A stretch of 32,000 bases of DNA, taken from NCBI GenBank assembly GCA_023480925.1, contig JAMCWY010000019.1, positions 1 through 32,000 of the forward strand, given 5' to 3'. A model generated the notes under the pieces. That model had not been told where the DNA came from, ran no database searches, and was given only the letters and a program-made list of their open reading frames with translations. Position 1 is the stretch's first letter. Every line of letters starts with the position of its first letter. Positions 24,956 to 32,000 of this stretch are shown here, piece after piece. This stretch comes from Patescibacteria group bacterium (GTDB lineage Bacteria; Patescibacteriota; Minisyncoccia; UBA6257; HR35). The translations under genes and the position numbers were made by a program.

Positions 24956-25231
24956 TTATTTGACTTTCGGACTAAAAGCCTTATTGACCTTTTTGCTCAA
25001 ACGAGATTTCAAGCGGCTGGCTTTATTCTTATGAATAAATGACTTGGCCGCCTTGTCAAGTTTTTTAAACGTCTGACGTAAATTTTCTTTGGCCGCGGCC
25101 TGATCGCCGGAAAGAATTGACTTTTTCAACGCCTTGACCGTTTTTTTAATCTCGACCTTCTTTTTTAAATTTCTCTCTTTTCGACGCAACGATTGTCTCA
25201 AAGCTTTTTGACCCGAACTGGTGATTGGCAT
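24956..25231 (-). CDS. rpsT: 30S ribosomal protein S20
   Basis: 91 aa, strongly basic. It has SGQKALRQSLRRKERNLKKK and FIHKNKASRLKSRLSKKV, typical of bS20. The ATG lies 1 nt after the dnaJ stop. Confidence 0.85.
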   Translation of the reverse strand: MPITSSGQKALRQSLRRKERNLKKKVEIKKTVKALKKSILSGDQAAAKENLRQTFKKLDKAAKSFIHKNKASRLKSRLSKKVNKAFSPKVK

Positions 25232-25232
25232 T

Positions 25233-26264
25233 TTAATTTATTTCTTTTTTTAATTCTTCGATTAATTTTTTCGCTTTTTCGGAAATTTTTTTCGGCGTCC
25301 GGATTTGAACTTTAATCAAAAGCGAACCGGCCCTGATACCCTTGCCCGGAATTCGAATAACTTCACCCTGATTGATTCCGGCTGGAATTTTAATTTTAAT
25401 CTCTTCGTCAAAAAATTTCAAATTCAACTCCGTTCCAACCAAGGCGTCGACTAAACCAATATCGATATCAGTCAAAATATCTCGACCCTGGATTTTGAAA
25501 CGCGAGTCCGGCCGCGGATGAATTCGAATAATAAGCTTACCCCCTTTTTTTGTCCGAGGATCTTCATCGCCCAAACTTGGCACGATTAGATATTCGCGCG
25601 GATCAAAATGAGGCGGCAAATCAACCTCAAACGATTCGGACCGAACAACAACGCCTGTCCCTTGGCAAAAAGAACAAATTTTTTCCGGAACCGAACCGCG
25701 ACCATGACAAATCTTACAAATATTTTCCGTTTCAAAGACAAAGCCGGTGAAAAAACTTGATTTCGATCGAACTCGACCCTGACCTTGGCAGGCGGAACAT
25801 TTTTTTAGAACTTTCGTCTGACTGCCCGTCCCTTGACATTCAAGACAAAGTTTTTTTCGCTTATAACTAATCGATTTTTTTGAACCGCGAACGATTTCAG
25901 CGATATCAACATCCAAATCAATGACCAGGTCCAAATTTTGTTCGGATTTAGAACCAAAAAAATCGCCAAGAAGATCGGAAAGCAAATCGTCAAAATTCTG
26001 ATTGCGAAAAAAAGAACCGAGATCGCTCGCCTGGCCAAAGTCGTTAAAATTAAACCCGGCTGAGCCGAATTTCTTTTTCTGATCGTATTCCCCTCTTAAT
26101 TTTTGATCGGATAAGACTCGGTAAGCTTCGACTATTTTTTTAAACTTTTCCGCGTCGCCGCCAAGATCGGGATGGTACTTCTTCGCCAAGACCCGAAAGG
26201 CCTTTTTGATTTCATCGTTCGAAGCGTTTTCCGAGACGCCTAAAATTTTATAGTAATCGTCCAT
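25233..26264 (-). CDS. dnaJ: Molecular chaperone DnaJ
   Basis: It has a J domain (DYYKILGV...KKYHPD), four CxxCxGxG zinc-finger repeats ([32 protein letters not shown]) and a C-terminal substrate-binding domain. Confidence 0.95.
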   Translation of the reverse strand: MDDYYKILGVSENASNDEIKKAFRVLAKKYHPDLGGDAEKFKKIVEAYRVLSDQKLRGEYDQKKKFGSAGFNFNDFGQASDLGSFFRNQNFDDLLSDLLGDFFGSKSEQNLDLVIDLDVDIAEIVRGSKKSISYKRKKLCLECQGTGSQTKVLKKCSACQGQGRVRSKSSFFTGFVFETENICKICHGRGSVPEKICSFCQGTGVVVRSESFEVDLPPHFDPREYLIVPSLGDEDPRTKKGGKLIIRIHPRPDSRFKIQGRDILTDIDIGLVDALVGTELNLKFFDEEIKIKIPAGINQGEVIRIPGKGIRAGSLLIKVQIRTPKKISEKAKKLIEELKKEIN

Positions 26265-26310
26265 TCGAAATAATAAGTTGTCTAAATTAACTCAAACTTG
26301 ACTTTTGATT

Positions 26311-26331
26311 AAAAAAAGGCCGTGAGCCTTT
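26311..26331 (-). terminator. Weak intrinsic terminator candidate downstream of the membrane-protein gene
   Basis: The - strand reads AAAGGC-tcacg-GCCTTTTTTTAAT. The stem is short (3 GC + 3 AU pairs) and merges into a T7 run. Confidence 0.4.
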
Positions 26332-26386
26332 AAATGACTTCATTTTAACACGTCTAAACTAAAATCCAATTTAAATATTATTCCAA

Positions 26387-27406
26387 CTAAAAACCGAGGC
26401 TGATTTTTTCGCGCTCGACCATTTCCTTTTCAATTCGATAAAGACCGAGCTTGCCTAAAATATAAAAACAAAACCAAGCGATAAAACTCAGAACCCACCC
26501 ATAAAACCACAAAATTGATTGGACAATAACGACGATTAGCAGCGCCAAAATAATCTTGACGGCGTAAAATTTTAGCTGGTCGCGGCTCGAGTTTAACCAA
26601 AACAAACTGAGATATTTGTAAACCGCTTGGCTTAAAGTATCGTTGGGGTTGATGTTGGTTTTGAGTTTGTTATTTAAATTACTTAGAGTTGGACTAACGG
26701 CCGCCGCCTCAATCGTTCCGGTTGAAACCTGAATCGGCTGGCTGGTTGAGCCGACCGGCAGACCAAGATTGCTTAAATTAACCACACTACTCTCCGACAT
26801 AATGTTACTTGAAATAATCTCGCTAACCTTGGTTTCGGGCGTAATTTGAACCTTAAGACTTTGGCTAACTTGACTAAAAATCGGCGTGGTTAAGTTGGCC
26901 AAACGATTAAAATTCTGGGCCGAAATAAAATCTTGACCCGAACTAGTAAAAACCACAATAATCAAAATTAAAATTAAAAACCAGTTTACGACCGTCCACT
27001 TCGCCCGAGTCAAACCAAGCCAGTTAATTTTTAACTTCGCCTGTTCAACGCTCATCATCCGCCAAAAGGCGTTCAGGCTGACGATAATAAAAATCAAAAA
27101 AGACCAGCTGGCCAAATTAACGTTCCCGGTCAAACGATAAAACCAAACTGACAAAAACACGGCCACGATCACTTGGGCCAAAAAAGAAATAATAAAATCG
27201 CCGCCAAGCTCAAGGAGAATATCAAAAAGCAACCAGATGAGCGCACTTAAAATAAAAACATTAAATAAATTAAAGTTGAGCTGAAGAAAAACGATCAAGC
27301 CGAGATAGGCCGTACTTGAACCAAAAATGATCGTGGCTAAAAATATCAAGATTGTTTTTAAACCAACCCTCTCAATCTTTGCCACTTCTTCGCTTTTAAT
27401 CACCAT
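26387..27406 (-). CDS. Hypothetical polytopic membrane protein inserted between dnaK and dnaJ
   Basis: 339 aa, ATG at 27406. It has about five N-terminal TM helices, a Ser/Thr/Asn-rich loop of about 110 aa, and two C-terminal TM helices. No family recognised. Confidence 0.6.
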   Translation of the reverse strand: MVIKSEEVAKIERVGLKTILIFLATIIFGSSTAYLGLIVFLQLNFNLFNVFILSALIWLLFDILLELGGDFIISFLAQVIVAVFLSVWFYRLTGNVNLASWSFLIFIIVSLNAFWRMMSVEQAKLKINWLGLTRAKWTVVNWFLILILIIVVFTSSGQDFISAQNFNRLANLTTPIFSQVSQSLKVQITPETKVSEIISSNIMSESSVVNLSNLGLPVGSTSQPIQVSTGTIEAAAVSPTLSNLNNKLKTNINPNDTLSQAVYKYLSLFWLNSSRDQLKFYAVKIILALLIVVIVQSILWFYGWVLSFIAWFCFYILGKLGLYRIEKEMVEREKISLGF

Positions 27407-27414
27407 TAAATTAA

Positions 27415-27420
27415 ATTATA
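27415..27420 (-). promoter_or_regulatory. -10 hexamer TATAAT 8 nt upstream of the membrane-protein ATG (possible internal, leaderless promoter)
   Basis: The - strand reads attattaTATAATttaatttaATGgtg. TTGACC lies 24 nt upstream of the hexamer, which is too far for a canonical -35. Confidence 0.3.
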
Positions 27421-27467
27421 TAATAATAATCTCGCTTTTGTTAAGGTCAAAACGATCGGATCAAAAA

Positions 27468-29378
27468 TTAGTTTTCCGGTTCTGATTCAGATTGGTTGGA
27501 ATCGGTCGAGTTGTCCGAATCAGCCGAATTGCCAGAATCGGCCTGATTATCCGAATCAGCCGAACCGGTCTGACCGTCGGCTTGATAAAAATTCTTGCCA
27601 ATTTCGGCCATTATTTCAGAAACTTCTTTTATTTTCGCGTCGATGATATCGCTGTCAACACCGTCTTTAACCGCCTCCAACTCTTTTATTTTCGCCTCGA
27701 TCCGATCGCTTAAATCAGCCGGAACTTTATCTTTATACTCGGCTAAAATTTTTCTCGATTGATAAATAATATTTTCCGCCTGATTTTTCGCCTCAACTGT
27801 TTTTTTCTTTTTAACATCCTCCGCCTCGTGCTCTTCCGCTTCTCGTCTCAACTTTTCGACCTCGTCTTTGGACAAGTTGGCCGAACCCTGAACCTTAACC
27901 GACTGAGACTTTCCTGTCGCCTTGTCTTTGGCTATGACCGTTAAGATGCCGTTAACGTCAATATCAAAATTAACTTCGACCTGAGGCACGCCTCGAGGCG
28001 ACGGCGGCAAGCCGTCTAAAATAAATCTGGCCAAACTTTTATTGTCTCCGGCCATCGGCCGCTCGCCCTGGACAACGTTAACTTCGACCGAAGTTTGGCT
28101 GTCGGCCGCGGTCGTAAAAATTTCCGTTTTTGAAAATGGAATCGGCGTATTTTTTGAAATCATCGGATGAGCGACGCCGCCCATTGTTTCAATCGCCAAA
28201 GTCAAAGGAATAACGTCAAGCAAAAGAATTTCGCGAATGTCGCCCTGGATAATACCGGCTTGGATGGACGCGCCAACCGCGACAACCTCGTCCGGATTAA
28301 TGTCTTTTTTCGCCGGCTGGCCAAAATAATCAGCGACCAATTTTTGGATCAATGGCATTCGCGTTTGACCGCCAACTAAGATTATCTCGTTGATTTCTTT
28401 TGGATTAAAATTAACGTCTTTTAAAGTTTGATCGACTAACTTAATTGATTTTTCAATCAAATCCCGAGTTAAGTTTTCCAATTCCGTTCGAGTCAACTTA
28501 AAATAAAGATGTTTCGGTCCGGACTCGCCTGAAGTAATAAAAGGCAGGTTGATCTCTGTCTCAAATAAAGTCGAAAGTTCCTGTTTGGCTTTTTCCGCCC
28601 CTTCCTTTAGACGCTGAAGCGCGAGCGGGTCCTTACTTAAATCAATTCCCTCTTGTTTTTTAAACTCACTCATTAAGAAACTAATCACGCGTTGGTCAAG
28701 GTCGTCGCCGCCTAAAAACGAATCACCGCCAATCGCCTTCGTCTCGATGACGTTGTCGCCAACTTCTAAAATCGAAATATCGAAAGTGCCGCCGCCGAAA
28801 TCATAAACCAAAATCTTGGTGTTGTTTCTTTTGTCTAAACCGTAAGAAAGAGCCGCGGCCGTTGGTTCGGGCAAAAGCCGCTTGACGTTCAAACCGGCAA
28901 TCTCGGCCGACGCCTTAGTCGCCGCTCGCTGAGAATCGTTAAAATAAGCCGGGACAGTCACGACAACCTCATCGATCTTCTCGCCCAACTTCGCCTCGAC
29001 GTCGGATTTAATTTTTTGCAAAACCATCGCTGAAATTTCTTCCGGTCGATACCACTTCTCGCCCATCTTGACCTCAATCCCACCATTGACCGATTCTTTG
29101 ATTTCGTAGGGTAAAACGCTTTTTGATTTTTGAACCTCTTCGTCTTTATAACGCCGGCCGATGACACGCTTAATCGAATAAATCGTGTTAGTCGGATTGG
29201 TAATCGACTGCCGTTTGGCCAAAACACCAACCAGACGTTCGCCCGCTTTTGAAACCGCCACGACTGACGGCGTCAAACGCGAACCCTCGCTATTTTCTAA
29301 AACTTTTGGCACGCCCGCTTCAACAATCGCCGCGACCGAATTGGTTGTGCCTAAATCAATACCTAAAATTTTTGCCAT
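27468..29378 (-). CDS. dnaK: Molecular chaperone DnaK (Hsp70)
   Basis: 636 aa. It has [31 protein letters not shown] and [13 protein letters not shown], plus an acidic Asp/Ser/Asn repeat tail. Confidence 0.97.
   Translation of the reverse strand: MAKILGIDLGTTNSVAAIVEAGVPKVLENSEGSRLTPSVVAVSKAGERLVGVLAKRQSITNPTNTIYSIKRVIGRRYKDEEVQKSKSVLPYEIKESVNGGIEVKMGEKWYRPEEISAMVLQKIKSDVEAKLGEKIDEVVVTVPAYFNDSQRAATKASAEIAGLNVKRLLPEPTAAALSYGLDKRNNTKILVYDFGGGTFDISILEVGDNVIETKAIGGDSFLGGDDLDQRVISFLMSEFKKQEGIDLSKDPLALQRLKEGAEKAKQELSTLFETEINLPFITSGESGPKHLYFKLTRTELENLTRDLIEKSIKLVDQTLKDVNFNPKEINEIILVGGQTRMPLIQKLVADYFGQPAKKDINPDEVVAVGASIQAGIIQGDIREILLLDVIPLTLAIETMGGVAHPMISKNTPIPFSKTEIFTTAADSQTSVEVNVVQGERPMAGDNKSLARFILDGLPPSPRGVPQVEVNFDIDVNGILTVIAKDKATGKSQSVKVQGSANLSKDEVEKLRREAEEHEAEDVKKKKTVEAKNQAENIIYQSRKILAEYKDKVPADLSDRIEAKIKELEAVKDGVDSDIIDAKIKEVSEIMAEIGKNFYQADGQTGSADSDNQADSGNSADSDNSTDSNQSESEPEN
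27471..27564 (-). repeat. Imperfect 36-nt tandem repeat encoding the DnaK C-terminal tail ([12 protein letters not shown] / [12 protein letters not shown])
   Basis: The 14-mer ccgaatcagccgaa occurs at 27515-27528 and at 27551-27564, exactly 36 nt apart. The related tggaatcggtcgag and ccagaatcggcctg units flank them. Confidence 0.7.
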
Positions 29379-29393
29379 CTTTATTTTTTAATA

Positions 29394-29984
29394 TTAAATT
29401 AAATTTGACTTAGATTTAATCTGGTCAGGATGAACGATAACCTTGACCTTAGCCGGCCGAATGATCCGGCCCTGAAACCGATAACCGCGACTAAAAACTT
29501 CAGTGATTAAGCCATCATCATCGCCGGAACAATCTTTTTTATCACAAGTTTTAGTTGAAATCGCCTCGTGGAAATTTGGATCAAATTTTTCCTGGCCAAT
29601 CTCAACCGACTCAAAACCGCATCGTTTCAAAATATCAAAAAGCTGAGCCTGGATTAAATAATAACCCTTACCCAACTGCTTCTCTTTATCCGCCTCGGTC
29701 AACGAACCAATGGCCAGGTCAAAACTATCGAGGACCGGCACGAGATCATGAACGAGAATTTCATTTGCCCGAAACTGAAACTCTTTCGCCTCAATCTCCA
29801 TTTCTTTTTTCGCCCGAAGCAAATCCGCCTTGGCCCGTTGGAGGCCGTTAAAATATTCAATCTTTTCCTGTTCGAGCTGTTTTATCTGTTCGCTTAATTC
29901 CCTAATTGTTTCCGACTCGGTCGGCAATTTTTCTTCAGCCTCGTTTTGATTTTGTTCGTTCTGACTTTCGTCTAAGTTTGTCAT
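29394..29984 (-). CDS. grpE: Nucleotide exchange factor GrpE
   Basis: 196 aa. It has an acidic N-terminus, a coiled-coil (LEQEKIEYFNGLQRAKADLLRAKKE), and VLDSFDLA, FDPNFHEA and RPAKVKV motifs. It sits between hrcA and dnaK. Confidence 0.9.
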   Translation of the reverse strand: MTNLDESQNEQNQNEAEEKLPTESETIRELSEQIKQLEQEKIEYFNGLQRAKADLLRAKKEMEIEAKEFQFRANEILVHDLVPVLDSFDLAIGSLTEADKEKQLGKGYYLIQAQLFDILKRCGFESVEIGQEKFDPNFHEAISTKTCDKKDCSGDDDGLITEVFSRGYRFQGRIIRPAKVKVIVHPDQIKSKSNLI

Positions 29985-30008
29985 TTTTAATTTTGATTAA
30001 TTTAAAAT

Positions 30009-30647
30009 TTAGTCAATTAAATCCAAAAAAGAATAATTCTTAAGATAATCCGTTCGTTTAACGCCGCTCATAATCAAACCCTGATTGTTATTTTTCCTAA
30101 TCATCAGAAAAAACTGTTCAGCCCGACTAATCGGCGTTTCGCTGCCAATAAAAATTTTATTCTCGCCTTCGGCTAAATTCAAAAAAATTTGGTCAAGATC
30201 AATTTTTAGCTTCTCCACGAACGCCAAAAAATCAACAATCATCCGCCGTTCTTTAAATTCCGGCTCGGCCAAAACATAGACAAAGCTGCACTCTTTTATG
30301 ACCGGACCAGCTTTAACCAAACAGTAAGTTTTTGTTTGCTTAGCCACATCGGCCAAAAACTCTTCCGCCGAAAATTTCGTTCGATTTGATTTATTTTTAA
30401 CTCTTTTAAGCTTGCGATAAAAATACAACCGCCAACCCCGATCTGTTGGCCGGCGGCCGGCGGAAAAGTTAACATTTTCAAGCAAACGCCGGTTGACCAA
30501 ACGACTCAAAATCAATCTCAAGTTCGACGATGAAACATCGGGGAAAAAATTTTTAGATAAAATTTTCGATCCGACCGGTTTGGCTGTTTTTTGATAAATC
30601 CGAACGACTCGATCAAAAACTTTTGTTTCAAGATCAACTTCAACCAT
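30009..30647 (-). CDS. hrcA: Heat-inducible transcription repressor HrcA, short form (212 aa)
   Basis: The start is placed at ATG 30647 (MVEVDL...). The track start at 30689 would overlap hsp20. The N-terminal winged helix is RVVRIYQKTAKPVGSKILSK...VSSSNLRLILSRLVNRRLLENVNFSAGRRPTDRGWRLYF. It occupies the operon position upstream of grpE-dnaK. Confidence 0.75.
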   Translation of the reverse strand: MVEVDLETKVFDRVVRIYQKTAKPVGSKILSKNFFPDVSSSNLRLILSRLVNRRLLENVNFSAGRRPTDRGWRLYFYRKLKRVKNKSNRTKFSAEEFLADVAKQTKTYCLVKAGPVIKECSFVYVLAEPEFKERRMIVDFLAFVEKLKIDLDQIFLNLAEGENKIFIGSETPISRAEQFFLMIRKNNNQGLIMSGVKRTDYLKNYSFLDLID

Positions 30648-30654
30648 GACGCGA

Positions 30655-31074
30655 TTATGACTCGATCTTAATTTCCCGGCCTTGATCAACCTTGGCCGTC
30701 TTGGGCAAATTTATTTTCAAAATGCCGTTTTCGTACTTCGCCTTCGACTCGGCCGCGTTAACTTCTTGAGGCAAAACGATTGTTCGGTTAAACTCGCCTC
30801 GTTTAATTTCTTTCCGCCAATAATTTTCCGCCTTCGTTTCTTTTTTTTCATCAAACCGGCCCGAAATTTTCAATCGATTCTCTTCAATTTTTAAACTGGC
30901 ATTTTTCGGATCAACTCCGGTCAAACCAACCTCAACGACGATGTTGTTATCATCTTCGTAAATATCAACCGGCAGATCATTTAAACGGAAAATCGGAACA
31001 AAAGCCGGAGCAAAATCTTCGGAAAAAAATTTTTCAATGTCTTTAAACGGATCCCACTTAATTAAGCCCGCCAT
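30655..31074 (-). CDS. Hsp20/alpha-crystallin family small heat-shock protein
   Basis: The start is placed at ATG 31074 (MAGLIKWDPFKDIEKFF). The alpha-crystallin domain is VDIYEDDNNIVVEVGLTGVDPKNASLKIEENRLKISG...FNRTIVLPQEVNAAESKAKYENGILKINLPK. Confidence 0.85.
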   Translation of the reverse strand: MAGLIKWDPFKDIEKFFSEDFAPAFVPIFRLNDLPVDIYEDDNNIVVEVGLTGVDPKNASLKIEENRLKISGRFDEKKETKAENYWRKEIKRGEFNRTIVLPQEVNAAESKAKYENGILKINLPKTAKVDQGREIKIES

Positions 31075-31157
31075 TTTATTTTTTGGCCGCAACCAGACCG
31101 CGCGGCGGCGACCAAGAAAAAAATTAATAAAAATGACCGCTGGATTAATTTCTTGCC

Positions 31158-31166
31158 ATTATAACA
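31158..31166 (-). promoter_or_regulatory. Extended -10 promoter element TGTTATAAT of the heat-shock operon
   Basis: The - strand reads gccaaatttGTTATAATggcaag, immediately downstream of the CIRCE inverted repeat and about 84 nt upstream of the hsp20 ATG. Confidence 0.55.
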
Positions 31167-31168
31167 AA

Positions 31169-31195
31169 TTGGCACGCCTTAGTCAAGGGTGCTAA
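31169..31195. promoter_or_regulatory. CIRCE operator (HrcA binding site)
   Basis: The - strand reads TTAGCACCC-ttgactaag-GCGTGCCAA against the consensus TTAGCACTC-N9-GAGTGCTAA. The left arm matches 8/9 and the right arm 7/9, with a 9-nt spacer. It abuts the -10 element in the -35/spacer position. Confidence 0.75.
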
Positions 31196-31405
31196 ATTTT
31201 CGGCCTTGTTTATTATCGCCTGTTCGGACAACCTTTAATTTAAAAAAACGCGGCTTATTTTAAACTTTTTCGAATAACAAGGTTCTTAAAACGCGGCCGC
31301 TTAATTTATTGCCGCCAATCGTAATTTCGCTAATTTTTAAATCGGCCTGTTTGATTTCCGCAAAAGAATGATAATATTTATTAATAAGCTATAGCCAACG
31401 ACAAA

Positions 31406-32000
31406 ATGTTTTATTCGAACGACTCGAAAAAAAATAAATTGTTTTACCGCCGCTTGCTTTTAAGGCGGCAAAAAGGCAACCGGTCTTTCACTTTGATTGA
31501 ACTTTTGATTGTCTTTTCGATCTTGGCCGTTTTAGCCACGGTCTTAATCATCTTAATCAAACCGGCTCAAATCTTCGCCAAAGTCAGAGACGGCCAAAGA
31601 GTTCAAAATATTAAAAATCTCAACACCGCCGTTGAAATTTTTAATTCGACTAACCCCACCGCCTTCATCGGCACGAGCTCAATCGTTTATATCTCTTTGC
31701 CCGACGCGGCCGGAAATTGCGGCAACTGGTTAGACCGACTTCCGCCCCTGCCTAATAGCGGTTGGTCTTACCATTGCGCCACTACTCAAAACTATAAAAA
31801 TGTTAACGGCACGGGCTGGTTGCCGATCAATTTTACGGCCGACCCAATGATTAATCTCTCTCAATTGCCAACCGACCCGATCAACAACACAACCTACTTT
31901 TATTCTTACACGACCGACCCGCAATGGCATTTGACCACTCCTTTGGAATTGGCCGCGAATCGAAGCGACAAAGCTTTGGCTGGCACCGACGGCGGTTCTT
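31406..32000 (+). CDS. Type IV pilin/pseudopilin-like protein with prepilin-type N-terminal helix; 3' end outside the window
   Basis: Not in the ORF track because no stop lies in the window. I translated it from ATG 31406: MFYSNDSKKNKLFYRRLLLRRQKGNRSFTLIELLIVFSILAVLATVLIILIKPAQIFAKVRDGQRVQNIKNL...GWSYHCATTQNYKNVNGTGWLPINF... The frame stays open to base 31999. FTLIELLIV is the class III signal/methylation motif. Confidence 0.8.
   Translation, partial: MFYSNDSKKNKLFYRRLLLRRQKGNRSFTLIELLIVFSILAVLATVLIILIKPAQIFAKVRDGQRVQNIKNLNTAVEIFNSTNPTAFIGTSSIVYISLPDAAGNCGNWLDRLPPLPNSGWSYHCATTQNYKNVNGTGWLPINFTADPMINLSQLPTDPINNTTYFYSYTTDPQWHLTTPLELAANRSDKALAGTDGGS

Noticed and set aside
1-32000. CRISPR arrays, rRNA/tRNA genes, transposases/integrases, prophage blocks, or recoded stop codons (UGA as a sense codon)
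   Set aside because: No regularly spaced direct repeats, no structured RNA signatures and no recombinase-like ORFs were seen. All long ORFs terminate cleanly with TAA/TGA/TAG under the standard bacterial code, and TGA functions as a stop in the overlapping ATGA junctions.

Overview
The window reads as a chromosomal segment of a moderately AT-rich, compact bacterial genome using the standard genetic code. Short versions of housekeeping proteins, sparse Shine-Dalgarno sites and pilin-like paralogue families suggest Candidate Phyla Radiation/Patescibacteria, but that is inference only.

Recognisable housekeeping genes:
- + strand: a 5'-truncated O-antigen-ligase-family/TPR membrane protein, class II ribonucleotide reductase nrdJ, a CofE-like ligase followed by a cyanophycin-synthetase-like ATP-grasp ligase, rpsA and ftsH.
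- - strand: gyrA, a SAM methyltransferase, trmD, a KH-domain protein and a half-length alaS.
- - strand heat-shock cluster under a CIRCE operator: hsp20-hrcA-grpE-dnaK-(membrane protein)-dnaJ-rpsT.
- Right edge, + strand: a 3'-truncated type IV (prepilin-type) pilin gene.

The stand-out region is 4556-11674 on the - strand. Eight tandem paralogues each carry a VirB2/TrbC-like two-helix pilin hairpin. Three are fused to large Cys-paired, Asn/Ser/Thr-rich ectodomains at either terminus. The array is translationally coupled to a membrane-anchored orphan solute-binding-like protein, and no secretion ATPase, channel or relaxase gene is visible.

Other points of interest:
- The exact extended -10 motif TGTTATAAT recurs at four loci.
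- Several -10 hexamers lie 8-9 nt from the ATG, which implies leaderless mRNAs.
- A perfect terminator-like hairpin sits inside the trmD 5' coding region.

No rRNA, tRNA, CRISPR array, transposase or integrase was seen.
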